NCBI GenBank assembly: GCA_041946735.1
Contig: JBHGAY010000006.1
Span: 64,001 to 128,000, forward strand
Length of the DNA: 64,000 bases
Origin: Candidatus Eiseniibacteriota bacterium
Lineage (GTDB): Bacteria; Eisenbacteria; RBG-16-71-46; CAIMUX01; VGJL01
Direction: 5' to 3'
Part shown: positions 20,458 through 30,380 of the stretch, piece by piece
Numbering within the stretch: position 1 is the first letter of the stretch
Layout: every line of letters begins with the position of its first letter
Made by a program: the position numbers and the translations under genes
The notes under the pieces: model-generated
Told to the model about the DNA's origin: nothing
The model's input: only the letters and a program-made list of their open reading frames with translations
Database searches by the model: none

Positions 20458-21278
20458 GCGCAAAGGGTCCGGCGCGGGCCGCGCTCCTTCTTCTCCTCCT
20501 TCCCCTCCTATTCCTTGTGATCGACGGGACGGTGGGACGGGCGGCCGGCGCGGAGCCGCGCTGGCCGGACCCGGTCGGACACGCGAACGACTTCGCGCAG
20601 GTCCTCTCGCGGGCGGAGCGCGACTCGCTCGACGCGAGCCTGGACGCCTTCGCCCGCCGGACCGGCATCGACCTCGTCCTCGTCACGCTCCCCTCGCTCG
20701 ACGGCGGCGACGTGACGGACGTGGGCAATCGCATCTACGAGCAGTGGGGGGTCGGACGGAGAGGGGAAGACCGAGGGGTGCTCCTCGTCGACGCGATCGA
20801 GGAGCGCCAGCTTCGGATCGAGGTCGGCTACGGCCTCGAGTCGGTCCTCACCGACGGCGAGGCGGGCGAGGTCCTCGATCGAGTGACCCGGCCGCTTCTC
20901 CGTGAAGGGCGCCGGGCGGATGCGTACCGGGCGACGTTCGCGCGCATCGCCTCCATCGTGACGGGCGACTCGGTCTCCCTGCCGAACGCCGTCGTTCCCG
21001 GTGCAGGCTCCGGACGCCGGAACCAAGGGCCGACCGCTTTCCTCTTTCCGCTCTTCATCCTCATCGTGATCCTCGTCTCCATCTTCGGCGGAGGGCGAGG
21101 CAGGGGAGGGCGCGGCCGCCGCGGCCGGTTCGGATCCGGCCCTTGGATCTTCCCAGGTGGGTTCGGAGGCTTCGGAGGGTTCGGCGGATTCGGCGGGGGA
21201 TCGGGTGGCGGAGGTGGGGGATTCGGCGGCTTTGGTGGTGGATCGAGCGGCGGCGGGGGAGCGTCCCGCGGATACTAG
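20433..21278 (+). CDS. TPM-domain membrane protein with Gly-rich tail
   Basis: NDFAQVLS, RIEVGYGLE, GGFGG repeats ending GGGGASRGY; start uncertain (TTG 20433). Confidence 0.88.
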   Translation: MLDRRPKIGAKGPARAALLLLLLPLLFLVIDGTVGRAAGAEPRWPDPVGHANDFAQVLSRAERDSLDASLDAFARRTGIDLVLVTLPSLDGGDVTDVGNRIYEQWGVGRRGEDRGVLLVDAIEERQLRIEVGYGLESVLTDGEAGEVLDRVTRPLLREGRRADAYRATFARIASIVTGDSVSLPNAVVPGAGSGRRNQGPTAFLFPLFILIVILVSIFGGGRGRGGRGRRGRFGSGPWIFPGGFGGFGGFGGFGGGSGGGGGGFGGFGGGSSGGGGASRGY

Positions 21279-21367
21279 CCCAAAGATCCGGCCGCGCGGC
21301 CGGGCATCCCCCTGGAGAACCGGGGGGACGGCTCGGCCGAGCGGACCGGCACGATGAGGGGAGACCG

Positions 21368-22084
21368 ATGGCCAAGGACCTTGGAGTGATCGTCGGACGT
21401 CTCCGGGAGGAGATCGAGAAGACCGAGGAGATCCGAGCGGCCGTGCTCTACGGGAGCGCGGTCGGAGGCGAGTACCTCCCGGGAAGAAGCGACCTGAACG
21501 TCCTCTTGATCGCCAATGAGATCACCACTCCGCTCCTCGACGACTTGCAGAAGGAGATGAAGTCGTGGCGGAAGATGGGGATCACGGCGCCACTTCTCGT
21601 CGATCGCCCGTTCCTCGTCTCCTCGACCGACTCCTATCCGCTCGAGATCCTCGGGATGCTGGCCGGCTATCAGGTGCTGAAAGGGGTCGATCCCTTCGAC
21701 GGTCTCATGCCCCGCAAGGAACACGTGCGGCTTCAGGCGGAGCGCGAGATCAAGGGAAAGGCGCTGCTTCTTCGAAGGGCCTATCTCGAAAGCCAGGGGA
21801 ATCACGGACGGCTCCTCGCCTACCTCGTGCAGGTCGTCCCCGCCTTCGAGGCGATCCTTCGAGGGATGCTCTTCCTGCGAGACGCGGACTGGAGAAAGAG
21901 CGGCCCCGCGCTCCACGAAGCCTGCCGGGACCTGGTCGCGATGGATCCCGACCTTCCGCGCGAGCTGCGCGAGGCGCGCCTCGGGCGCGAGCGCCCGGAT
22001 CGTCACGCCACGATTCGCCTGTACGGGAGAACATTCGAGGTCCTACGCTGGCTCGATCGGGAAACCGAGCGAGCCGCCGAATGA
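21368..22084 (+). CDS. Nucleotidyltransferase-fold protein
   Basis: VLYGSAVGGEYLPGRSDLNVL pol-beta-like motif; helical C-terminal domain. Confidence 0.75.
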   Translation: MAKDLGVIVGRLREEIEKTEEIRAAVLYGSAVGGEYLPGRSDLNVLLIANEITTPLLDDLQKEMKSWRKMGITAPLLVDRPFLVSSTDSYPLEILGMLAGYQVLKGVDPFDGLMPRKEHVRLQAEREIKGKALLLRRAYLESQGNHGRLLAYLVQVVPAFEAILRGMLFLRDADWRKSGPALHEACRDLVAMDPDLPRELREARLGRERPDRHATIRLYGRTFEVLRWLDRETERAAE

Positions 22085-22102
22085 AGGAGAAGGGGAGGAT
22101 CG

Positions 22103-22696
22103 ATGAAGCGCGGAACCATCACCCTCTTGGTCGTCCTCGGGATCGTCGCCATCGTCGTTCTCGGCATCGTTGGCTTCGTCCAGCGGACATACAACGGGCT
22201 GGTGCAGAGTGACGAGCAGGTGAAGGCATCGTGGGCGCAGGTGCAGACAGTCCTGCAACGGAGGGCGGACCTGATCCCGAACCTCGTCGAAACGGTCCGC
22301 GGCTACCAGATCCACGAGCAGGAAGTGCTGATCCGTGTGACGGAGGCGCGCGCCCGCGTGGCCGGAGCGGGGACGATCCCCGAGCAGATCCAGGCGAACC
22401 AGGAGCTCGGCTCCGCGCTGAGCCGGCTTCTCGTCGTGGTCGAGAACTACCCGAACCTGAAAGCGAACGAGAACTTCATCCGGCTGCAGGACGAGCTTGC
22501 CGGGACGGAGAACCGGATCGCGGTCGAGCGGAGGCGCTACAACGAGGACGTGCGCGACTACAACGTGAAGGTCCGCCGCTTTCCGGCGAACCTGGTCGCC
22601 TCGTCCTTCGGCTTCGAGAGGGCCACGCCGTTCGAGGCCGCTCCCGGCGCAGAGACCGCTCCAAAGGTGGATTTCGGCACCAAGTCCGGCCAGTAG
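22103..22696 (+). CDS. lemA: LemA family protein
   Basis: YNGLV, LQRRADLIPNLVETV, ENYPNLKA, GTENRIAVERRRYNE. Confidence 0.95.
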   Translation: MKRGTITLLVVLGIVAIVVLGIVGFVQRTYNGLVQSDEQVKASWAQVQTVLQRRADLIPNLVETVRGYQIHEQEVLIRVTEARARVAGAGTIPEQIQANQELGSALSRLLVVVENYPNLKANENFIRLQDELAGTENRIAVERRRYNEDVRDYNVKVRRFPANLVASSFGFERATPFEAAPGAETAPKVDFGTKSGQ

Positions 22697-22766
22697 GTTT
22701 GCTTGGGTGGCGCGTCCGATCGGGTGGCGCGGCGATCCCGGGGCGGGCAGCGGCTCGATCGGCGGC

Positions 22767-23201
22767 TCAAGCCGCCTGGAGAACCAGGAACAGCTGCCAG
22801 CCGACGACGCCGAGGAACAGCAGGTAGAGCGCCACGAGCCCATGTCGCGCGTAGGGGAACTTCGTGTGGAGCCCGAGGAAGACGAGCCCCAACGCGGAGA
22901 TGGCCAGCTTCACCCCGACGAACAGACCGTCGCTCCTCTTCAGCAACCAGTCCATGACCGGGTTGAGCTCCGTGCCTCCCCGCTGGACGTGCGAGAGGGT
23001 CATGGCGCAGTCCAGGATCTGGAAGAAGAAGATCGAGGCGAGGAGCAGGAGAAGCATCCGGTCCGGGCGGTCCACATAGCAGGCGGACGGGTCGGACGCC
23101 CGGCGTGGGCCGCGGCGCCGGCCTCCCCACAGGAGGTAACGGCTGACCACGGGGGTGGGACGGCGGCGGCGGTCGGATGTTTTGCGGCGTTGCGGTGTCA
23201 T
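22767..23201 (-). CDS. DUF5658-like membrane protein
   Basis: Arg-rich N-terminus, LD..MT, GGTELNPVM, three hydrophobic segments. Confidence 0.7.
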   Translation of the reverse strand: MTPQRRKTSDRRRRPTPVVSRYLLWGGRRRGPRRASDPSACYVDRPDRMLLLLLASIFFFQILDCAMTLSHVQRGGTELNPVMDWLLKRSDGLFVGVKLAISALGLVFLGLHTKFPYARHGLVALYLLFLGVVGWQLFLVLQAA

Positions 23202-23248
23202 ATGTCGACGCCAATTGTAACCAACGCGACCGACGAGTGACAAGCTTC

Positions 23249-24040
23249 ATGGACACATTTCCCTTCCTCGACGTCGAAGTGGACCGTTTCGGCTACGACG
23301 GGACGGAGGTTTTGCGTGACGTGCGCCTCCGATTCGACCGGCCGGGTCTTGCCGCGCTGCTTGGGCCGAACGGATCGGGGAAATCGACCCTCCTTCGGAT
23401 CGCCGCCGGTCTGGCGCGCGAACCCGGATGCCGGGTCAGGATCCACGGGAAGGACCTGACGAGAATGGGCGCGAGAGAGGCGGCGGCGCTCGTCGCGTGG
23501 GTTCCCCAGCGCGCGGAGGCGGTGTTCGCCATGTCGGTCCGCGAGATGGTCCGAGTCGGGCGCTTCCGCGCGCACGGCGTCGGTCCGGCGCGAGGAGCGG
23601 CAGGGGAGGAGGAGCGAATCGAAGCGGCGCTCGAATCGGTCGGGATGCTCGATCTCGCCCATCGCGACGTGGACACGCTGAGCGGCGGGGAGTGGCAACG
23701 GGCGCTGATCGCGCGCGCCGTCGCGCAGGACACGCCGGTGATGCTCTTGGACGAGCCGGTCGCGAGCCTCGACTTGCGCTACCAGGACGAGATCTACCAG
23801 CTCCTGCGCGCGCTCGCCTCCCAGGGGCGGGCGATCCTCGTCGCCGACCACCACATCGACCTGGCCGCCTGCTACTGCGACCGGCTGTTGCTCCTTCGCG
23901 AAGGACGGATCGACGCGGATGGCCCGCCTTCGGTGCTGCAGGAGGAGACGATCGCGCGAGTCTTCGGAATCCGGACGGCGGTCTTTCCCGATCCGGTGAC
24001 CGGAACGCCACGCGTCAGCCGCCCGCGGGGGCGGACGTGA
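23249..24040 (+). CDS. ABC ATPase, cobalamin/iron-chelate (BtuD/FecE-like)
   Basis: GPNGSGKST, LSGGEWQR, LLDEP. Confidence 0.9.
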   Translation: MDTFPFLDVEVDRFGYDGTEVLRDVRLRFDRPGLAALLGPNGSGKSTLLRIAAGLAREPGCRVRIHGKDLTRMGAREAAALVAWVPQRAEAVFAMSVREMVRVGRFRAHGVGPARGAAGEEERIEAALESVGMLDLAHRDVDTLSGGEWQRALIARAVAQDTPVMLLDEPVASLDLRYQDEIYQLLRALASQGRAILVADHHIDLAACYCDRLLLLREGRIDADGPPSVLQEETIARVFGIRTAVFPDPVTGTPRVSRPRGRT

Positions 24041-25038
24041 GGTCGCGCTTCCTCCCGGCTGCGCCGGCCGCCGCTCGGCCGCTCGCGTTCACGCTCGCGC
24101 TCGCGTTCGCACTCGCGCTCGGGATTGCATGGGCGAGCGAGCCCGTTCTCGCACAAGCTCCGGCCGCTGCCCCGTCCTCCGACAGCGGCCGGGAGGCGAT
24201 CGACGCCTTTGGGCAGCGCTTCTCGATCGGGGAGCCCCCGACCCGAATCGTCTCCCTCTCGCCCAGCCTGACCGAGGCGCTCTTCGCGATCGGCGTGCCC
24301 GCCCAGCGGATCGTGGGAGTCACCCGCTTCTGCGACTTCCCGGAGGAGGCTCGCTCGATCGAGAAGGTCGGGGGAATCGTCGATCCTTCGATCGAGACGA
24401 TCCTCTCCCTCCATCCCGACCTCGTCCTCGTCACGCGCGGCAATCCGATGCCGGTGATCGACCGCTTGCGAGCGGCGGGCCTGCCCGTCTTCGCCATCGA
24501 CGCCGAAGGGGGACTCGACCAGGTGCTGCAGTCGATGCGGACGTTGATCCGCGTGGCCCAGCCGTCCGACCCCCAGGCGGCGGGGGAGGCGGTGGAAAGG
24601 CTGGCGGGGGAGGCGGAGAGGCTACGTGCCCGGTCGGCTCGTTACGCGACGTCCGACCGTCCCACCGTCTATTACTACGATCCGGTCTCCCCCGAATGGA
24701 CTTCGGGGCCGGGGACGCACGTCAGCGAGGCGATCGCTCTGGCGGGCGGGCGCAACCTCGCCGACGATGCGGACACCGCCTGGCCGCGCTACAGCCTGGA
24801 GCGAATCGTCGCCCATCCGCCGGACCGCCTGCTGATCGCAGCTCCTCCGGCCGATCCGGACGGCGAGGAGGCGTTGCGGCGGCTGCGGCAGGCGCCCGGG
24901 TGGCGGGAGATCCCCGCGGTGCGCGACGGCAACGTCTGTGTCGTGCCGGCCGATTGGCTCATGCGGCCGGGCCCTCGGGTGGTGCGAGCGGTCCAGGCGC
25001 TCGCCGAGTGCCTCCATCCGGACGACGAGAGCGAATGA
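24037..25038 (+). CDS. Helical-backbone substrate-binding protein (BtuF-like)
   Basis: Signal peptide, RIVSLSPSLTEALFAIG, GVTRFCDFP, RPGPRV. Confidence 0.88.
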   Translation: MRSRFLPAAPAAARPLAFTLALAFALALGIAWASEPVLAQAPAAAPSSDSGREAIDAFGQRFSIGEPPTRIVSLSPSLTEALFAIGVPAQRIVGVTRFCDFPEEARSIEKVGGIVDPSIETILSLHPDLVLVTRGNPMPVIDRLRAAGLPVFAIDAEGGLDQVLQSMRTLIRVAQPSDPQAAGEAVERLAGEAERLRARSARYATSDRPTVYYYDPVSPEWTSGPGTHVSEAIALAGGRNLADDADTAWPRYSLERIVAHPPDRLLIAAPPADPDGEEALRRLRQAPGWREIPAVRDGNVCVVPADWLMRPGPRVVRAVQALAECLHPDDESE

Positions 25039-25066
25039 CGGCGGGAGCGCGGGGCGAGGCCGGGCG

Positions 25067-26158
25067 ATGAGAAGGACGGTCGGGCTTCTGCTGCTCGCCC
25101 TCGCCGGCGCCTTCCTCGCCTCTCTCCTCTTCGGACCGGCGAACGTTCCACCGTCCCGCATCCTCGCCGGCCTTCTCGATCCGGGCCGTCCCGAGTCGGA
25201 AACCGCGCGCATCCTCGTCCGCGACCTGCGCCTTCCGAGGGCGATCGCCGCAGTGTTGAGCGGCGCGGCGCTCGCGATCAGCGGAGCCTTGCTTCAGTCC
25301 TACTTCGCGAACCCCATGGCGGGGCCCTACGTGACCGGAGTCTCGAGCGGCGCGGGGCTCGCAGTCGCCGTGGTCGCCGTCGTCGCCGGCTCCGGCGGAC
25401 CACCGTCCTGGGCGACGCCGGCCGCCGCGCTCGCGGGCGCGCTCCTCCTCGTCTCGCTCGTCGCCTTCGCCGCGTCGCGCAGCCGGTCGAGCCGCACGGA
25501 GACGCTCCTGCTGATCGGCCTGGCCGTCGCCTCGATCGGCTCCGCGCTGATGTCGATCCTCCTGCTCCATCTTCCGCGGGGCCCGGAGGGGGTGCTCTTC
25601 TGGTTGATGGGGAGCCTCGCGAGCAGCACCGGCGCGGGGAACGCGCTCCTCGCCATCGCCCTGGGCGTCGGCCTGCTCGCCGGCCTCTGGCACGCGCGCG
25701 CTCTCGATGCGATCCTCTGGGGCGACGAGACGGCGAGGAGCGTCGGCGTCGAGGTCCGGCGCACCCGCGCCCTCGCGCTGATCGCCGCCACGATCCTCGC
25801 CGCCGCGTCTGTCGCGACGTGCGGCGTGATCGGCTTCCTCGGGCTGATGGCGCCGCACATCGCCCGCGGCCTGGTCGGACCGGGGCACGGCCGCTTGCTC
25901 CCCGCGTCCGCGCTCGTTGGAGCCGTCACGTTGCTCCTCGCCGATCTGGGCGCCCGCCTGCTGCTCGCGCCGGCGGAGCTTCCGGTCGGCGCGATCACGT
26001 CGGCGGTCGGCGCGCCGTTTCTGATCTGGATCTCCCTACGAAGGAGGGGAAGTTGGGACTCTTCGGCTGGAACGCGGAGAAGAAGCTCGCCAAAGCGAAC
26101 GAGCACCTCGAGCGAGGCTCCTACTACGAAGCGCGCCTCGGCTTCGAGGAGATCCTGA
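25067..26158 (+). CDS. FecCD/BtuC family permease
   Basis: LRLPRA, NPMAGPYVTGVSSGA, GVIGFLGLMAPH, ELPVG. Confidence 0.92.
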   Translation: MRRTVGLLLLALAGAFLASLLFGPANVPPSRILAGLLDPGRPESETARILVRDLRLPRAIAAVLSGAALAISGALLQSYFANPMAGPYVTGVSSGAGLAVAVVAVVAGSGGPPSWATPAAALAGALLLVSLVAFAASRSRSSRTETLLLIGLAVASIGSALMSILLLHLPRGPEGVLFWLMGSLASSTGAGNALLAIALGVGLLAGLWHARALDAILWGDETARSVGVEVRRTRALALIAATILAAASVATCGVIGFLGLMAPHIARGLVGPGHGRLLPASALVGAVTLLLADLGARLLLAPAELPVGAITSAVGAPFLIWISLRRRGSWDSSAGTRRRSSPKRTSTSSEAPTTKRASASRRS

Positions 26159-27459
26159 CGCGCGACGGCGTTGCCGAGTCGCTCCGGTCGATCGCCAGGG
26201 AGGGATGGAAGAAGGCGCGGGCGGCCATGCGCGACGAGATGCTCGTGGAGGTGCGCCGGCTTCTTTCCGCCGGGGACTACGAAGCCGCCGAGGAAGGCTG
26301 CGCGACGGCGCTCGAGCTGGCCGGCGAGGACCTGGACGCGACCGACGCGCGCGCGTTGCAGGCGCAGGTCAAGGCCGCGGCGCGCGCCGCGAAGAGCGGA
26401 GGCGCTCTCGCGTTCGAGGCGGCCCGGCCGGCGCCCGCGGGAGACTCGCGAGCGGAGCGCAGCGCCAGGACCGGCGGCGCCGGCCGCGGGAGCGCGACCG
26501 CCGGCGCGGCGGAGGACGCGTCCGCAGACTCGACCGAACGTGCGCCGGAAGACGCCGCCGGGGAGGACGCCGCGGGCGAAAGCGCGACCGATGGCGAGCC
26601 CCCGTACGACGGCGAGGCTCTCGAGGGAACGCCGGAGGAGGTGTTCGAGGCGCTCCTGCAGGCGCTGCCCGAGGAGCAGGCGGAGGCGTACCGCGGGTTC
26701 GGCCCTGCCTTCCTGCGCGGCTACCTCCTCGTGCAGGAAGGACGCGGCGAAGAGGCGATCGCGGCGTATGGCGAGGCGCCCGGCGAGACGCGCGCACATC
26801 CGCTCTTCCGGCTCGAGACGGCTCAGGCGCTTCTGATCGCCGGCCGCGACGAGGAAGCGCTGAGCGAGATCGAAGGGCTCGAGTTCCCCAAGGCGATCGA
26901 CCGGCAGCGGGGAATCCTCTTGATGGGGCTCTACGACCGGGTCGGAAGGCGCGAGGAGGCGGAGGTCGAAGCGCGCAAGATCTGGGAGGAGATGTCGAAG
27001 GACCAGGTCGGATCGATCCTCTATTGCGAGATCCTCCTCGAGCACGAGAAGTACACTGAGGCGCTCGAAGTGATCGACCCGCACGTCGACGAGAACCGGG
27101 TGCAGCCCGACGTGGACGTCCTCGCGGCGCGCGCCCACGGCGGCCTCGGCGAGATCGACGAAGCGCGGGGCCTCCTCGAGAGGATCGTCGAGTCGTACTT
27201 CCAGGGGCCGGTTCCCGGAGCGCGCCGGCAGGCGTTCCCCATCGCCGCGGCTCGCGAGCTGCTTCTGCTCTACATCGCGGTCGGGGAGGATCCGAAGCGC
27301 GTGCGCGCGATCGCCCAGCACCTCGCCCGCGAAGATCCGGGATCGGCCGCCACGTACCGGGAGAGGGTCGAGGAGTACGAGCAGCAGCAGCACGAACGGC
27401 ACGAGCGCGAGCGCGCGGAGCCGGAGGAGGAGCGCGGCCAGGAGCAGGAGCGGGGATAG
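26053..27459 (+). CDS. TPR-like helical repeat protein
   Basis: TTG start after GGAGG; repeated amphipathic helices, low-complexity linker. Confidence 0.7.
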   Translation: MGLFGWNAEKKLAKANEHLERGSYYEARLGFEEILTRDGVAESLRSIAREGWKKARAAMRDEMLVEVRRLLSAGDYEAAEEGCATALELAGEDLDATDARALQAQVKAAARAAKSGGALAFEAARPAPAGDSRAERSARTGGAGRGSATAGAAEDASADSTERAPEDAAGEDAAGESATDGEPPYDGEALEGTPEEVFEALLQALPEEQAEAYRGFGPAFLRGYLLVQEGRGEEAIAAYGEAPGETRAHPLFRLETAQALLIAGRDEEALSEIEGLEFPKAIDRQRGILLMGLYDRVGRREEAEVEARKIWEEMSKDQVGSILYCEILLEHEKYTEALEVIDPHVDENRVQPDVDVLAARAHGGLGEIDEARGLLERIVESYFQGPVPGARRQAFPIAAARELLLLYIAVGEDPKRVRAIAQHLAREDPGSAATYRERVEEYEQQQHERHERERAEPEEERGQEQERG

Positions 27460-27510
27460 AGGGCGAGGGCGCCGGGCGGCGGCTTGCCGCCCGGCGATCC
27501 CGAGAACCGC

Positions 27511-29271
27511 TCAGCGATCCCGATAGGAGTTCGGGTCGATCGCCCAGGCGCCTTCGCCCATTCGAGGGGCGAAGGCGTTTCGCACGAGCGAGACGAAGGC
27601 CGCCGCGAAGCCGCCGCTCCGCAGCGTCTCGAAGAATCCCTCCGGCCGCGGATAGTGCAGGAACTTCACCTCCTGCTCCGCAGGAATGCCGGCTCGCTGC
27701 TTCGCGAGCGTGACCGCGTCGTCGAACGTCCCCACGCGGTCGATGAGATGGCGCTCCAGAGCCTGCTCGCCCGTCCACACCCTCCCTCGACCCACGCTGT
27801 CGACGTCCGCGGGGGAGAGGCCGCGCTCGCGGGCGACGTCCTCGACCCATTCCCAGTAGTCGGCGAAGTGCCGCTGCGTGAACGATTCCCACTGCTCCGG
27901 CGTGTAGTCGAAGTAGTCGGAGTCGAAGAGCGCGTTCGGCCCCCGCGTCACGAAGTCCTTCGTGATGCCGAGCTTCTCGTAGAGACCCCGCAGATTCATC
28001 TTTCCGGAGATCGACCCGATCGAGCCGACGACGCTCAAGCGGTTCGCGACCAAGGTGCTGCACGGGTAGGAGATCATGTACGCGCCCGAAGCCGCGACGT
28101 CCGACATCGAGACGACGACCGGCTTCACGCGCTGCGCCCGATCCGCGACATGCCCGATCTTCCACGAAGTGCTGCTCTCCCCGCCCCCGCTGTCGACCCG
28201 GAAGACGATCGCTTTCACGTCGTCGTTCTCGACCGCCTGGCGGAACGCCTGCTCCATGGTGCCCGACCCCATCGTCATCCCGAAGGGGACGACGTAGCCG
28301 CTCTTCTCCCCGCCGATCAGCCCTTGGGCGTGCACCACGGCGATCGTCTTCTTGCCGTCGATCCCCGCGTCTCTGCGCGAGACCTTCGCGTACTCCTCGC
28401 CGCGGATCATGCGGGGACGGGCCGGCCACCCGTCCTTCCCCCGCTTCTCCTTCGCCATCCGGACGCCGTGGAGCTTCGCGATCGACGACTCGACCTGATC
28501 CCAGTAGACGAGGCGGTCGACGAGCCCCGATTCGAGCGCCTCGCGCGGGGTGAGCACCCCTTGCGAGAAGATCCGCGTCTCGAGCGTGCCGGGATCGAGT
28601 CGTCGCGCCCCCTCGACCGCGTCGAGGAAGTTGCGATAGAAGGCGTCGATCATCCAATCGGCGTTCGCCCTCGACTCGGGCGACATCGTCGTGCGCGTGA
28701 GCATCTCGGCCGCCGACTTGTACTTTCCGATGCGATCGATGTCCGGCTTGACCCCGATCTTTTCCAGCGTGCCGGCCAGGAACGGCCGCTCGGAGGCGAA
28801 CCCGTGGAGCGACACGTATCCGTTGCGCATCAGCAGGATGCTGTCGCAGGCGCACGCGAGGTAGAGGTCATGGCTCCCGAGGCTCTCGAGGTAGGCCCAG
28901 ACCGGCTTCCTCGCCTCCCGTAGCTGGCGGATCCGCTCCCGGATCTCGTCCATCTTCGCCCAGCCGATCCCCGGCGCGCCGATGCGCAGGACGACGGCGC
29001 GGATCCTCTCGTCGTGCCGCGCCTTCTCCAGGTTCTCGAGGAGGGCGGTGTGCGAGGGCGCCTGCCCGCCGGGAAATGGGAAGGTCGAAGGAGGCTGGTA
29101 CTCGGGAATCGGCCCGTCGATCTCCTGCACGAGGACGGAGCCTGCCTTCAGCTGAGGGACGTCGCTCTTCGCTTTGACCGCGACCAGGAAGGCGAGGAAG
29201 GCGACGACCAGGCCGAAGAGCAACGCGTCGGCGACGAGCACGGCGAGGATCGTTCGAAGGAACGCTTTCAT
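27511..29271 (-). CDS. sppA: Signal peptide peptidase SppA (long form)
   Basis: GKYKSA, RVDSGGG, DVAASGAY, GSIG, GRVWTGEQA. Confidence 0.93.
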   Translation of the reverse strand: MKAFLRTILAVLVADALLFGLVVAFLAFLVAVKAKSDVPQLKAGSVLVQEIDGPIPEYQPPSTFPFPGGQAPSHTALLENLEKARHDERIRAVVLRIGAPGIGWAKMDEIRERIRQLREARKPVWAYLESLGSHDLYLACACDSILLMRNGYVSLHGFASERPFLAGTLEKIGVKPDIDRIGKYKSAAEMLTRTTMSPESRANADWMIDAFYRNFLDAVEGARRLDPGTLETRIFSQGVLTPREALESGLVDRLVYWDQVESSIAKLHGVRMAKEKRGKDGWPARPRMIRGEEYAKVSRRDAGIDGKKTIAVVHAQGLIGGEKSGYVVPFGMTMGSGTMEQAFRQAVENDDVKAIVFRVDSGGGESSTSWKIGHVADRAQRVKPVVVSMSDVAASGAYMISYPCSTLVANRLSVVGSIGSISGKMNLRGLYEKLGITKDFVTRGPNALFDSDYFDYTPEQWESFTQRHFADYWEWVEDVARERGLSPADVDSVGRGRVWTGEQALERHLIDRVGTFDDAVTLAKQRAGIPAEQEVKFLHYPRPEGFFETLRSGGFAAAFVSLVRNAFAPRMGEGAWAIDPNSYRDR

Positions 29272-29306
29272 GCGGGACCTCCAGGACCCGCGCCGTCCGC
29301 GCAGGA

Positions 29307-30167
29307 TCAGCCTGCGGCGTTCGGGCGGATGCGCGGAACGATAGCACCGGCCTGGCTCGCGGTCCTTCCCGGTCGTCCCGGCCCTCGCTTGCAGATCCAG
29401 AGGGTTCGGGGGGCTTCGACCTCGGCGCGAGGGTACGGATCGATCCGGCGGACCCGGAGGACGATCCACCCGGACTCGCGAAGCGCGCGCTCGACGAGCG
29501 GCCGGCGCCAGTTCCGCTCCCGGATCGCGATCTCGCGGAGAGTCCAGCCGAAGGAGCGGCGGGCGCGGAAGATCCGGAACCTCAACGTCCCGTAACCGCC
29601 GTCTTTCGTGGCGGATGCCAGGGCTTCGACGTGCAGGCCGGGGGCGTCGACCGCCCAGCTTCCCTCGAACAGCCGGGCGAACGACGTCTCCTCGTTCAGG
29701 TCGAACAGGAACAGCCCGCGCGGGAGCACCGAGCGCGCGACCGAGCGGAAGCACCGTTCGAGGTCGCGAGTCCGGGTGAGGTGGTTGACCCCGTCGAACA
29801 CGCAGACGGCGGCGCCCACCGGCTCCGGAAGGCGGGTCGCCTGCAGGCTCGCGAGACGCAGGCGGGCGGGCGCCCCCTCCGCTCGCAGGTTCCGGCGGGC
29901 GGCCGACAGCATCCCGCTCGAGAGATCGGTGCCGTAGAGCCGCCAGCCGGGATGCCGCGCGGCCCACAGGCGAAGGAACCCTCCCGTGCCGCATGCCAGG
30001 TCGGCGATCGAGGAGTGCGGCGCGCCCCGCCGCTCGATCTCCCGCTCGTAGAAGGGGAAGATCGCCTCCGCGAACGGCCGCGGATAGCCGCTCTGCCACG
30101 CGTCATAGACCCTCGCGAAGGTGTCGTAGGCGGCGGCCGGCCCGGCCGGCGTCCGGGTTCGGGGCAT
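29307..30167 (-). CDS. Class I SAM-dependent methyltransferase
   Basis: DLACGTG, GTDLSSGML, FDGVNHL, GLFLFD. Confidence 0.88.
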   Translation of the reverse strand: MPRTRTPAGPAAAYDTFARVYDAWQSGYPRPFAEAIFPFYEREIERRGAPHSSIADLACGTGGFLRLWAARHPGWRLYGTDLSSGMLSAARRNLRAEGAPARLRLASLQATRLPEPVGAAVCVFDGVNHLTRTRDLERCFRSVARSVLPRGLFLFDLNEETSFARLFEGSWAVDAPGLHVEALASATKDGGYGTLRFRIFRARRSFGWTLREIAIRERNWRRPLVERALRESGWIVLRVRRIDPYPRAEVEAPRTLWICKRGPGRPGRTASQAGAIVPRIRPNAAG

Positions 30168-30239
30168 CGGGACCTCCCAGCAGAAGCCGCAGGATAGGTG
30201 CCGCTCCCGAGCAGGCGCAAGCGAAGCGATCCGCAGCGC

Positions 30240-30272
30240 TCTTCACCAAATCTTCGCGATCCCTTCAAACCG
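30240..30272 (+). promoter_or_regulatory. PHO-box-like triple direct repeat
   Basis: CTTCA 30241, CTTCG 30252, CTTCA 30263: exact 11-bp spacing upstream of pstS. Confidence 0.65.
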
Positions 30273-30380
30273 GCCGAGCGGAGCGGTGCGAAGGTGCGCG
30301 CATCGAGCAAGGAACGACAGACAAGGATCGGGCTGGACAAGCGAGCGCCGGCCGCCGGCGCGCACAGAGAGGAGAAGCCG

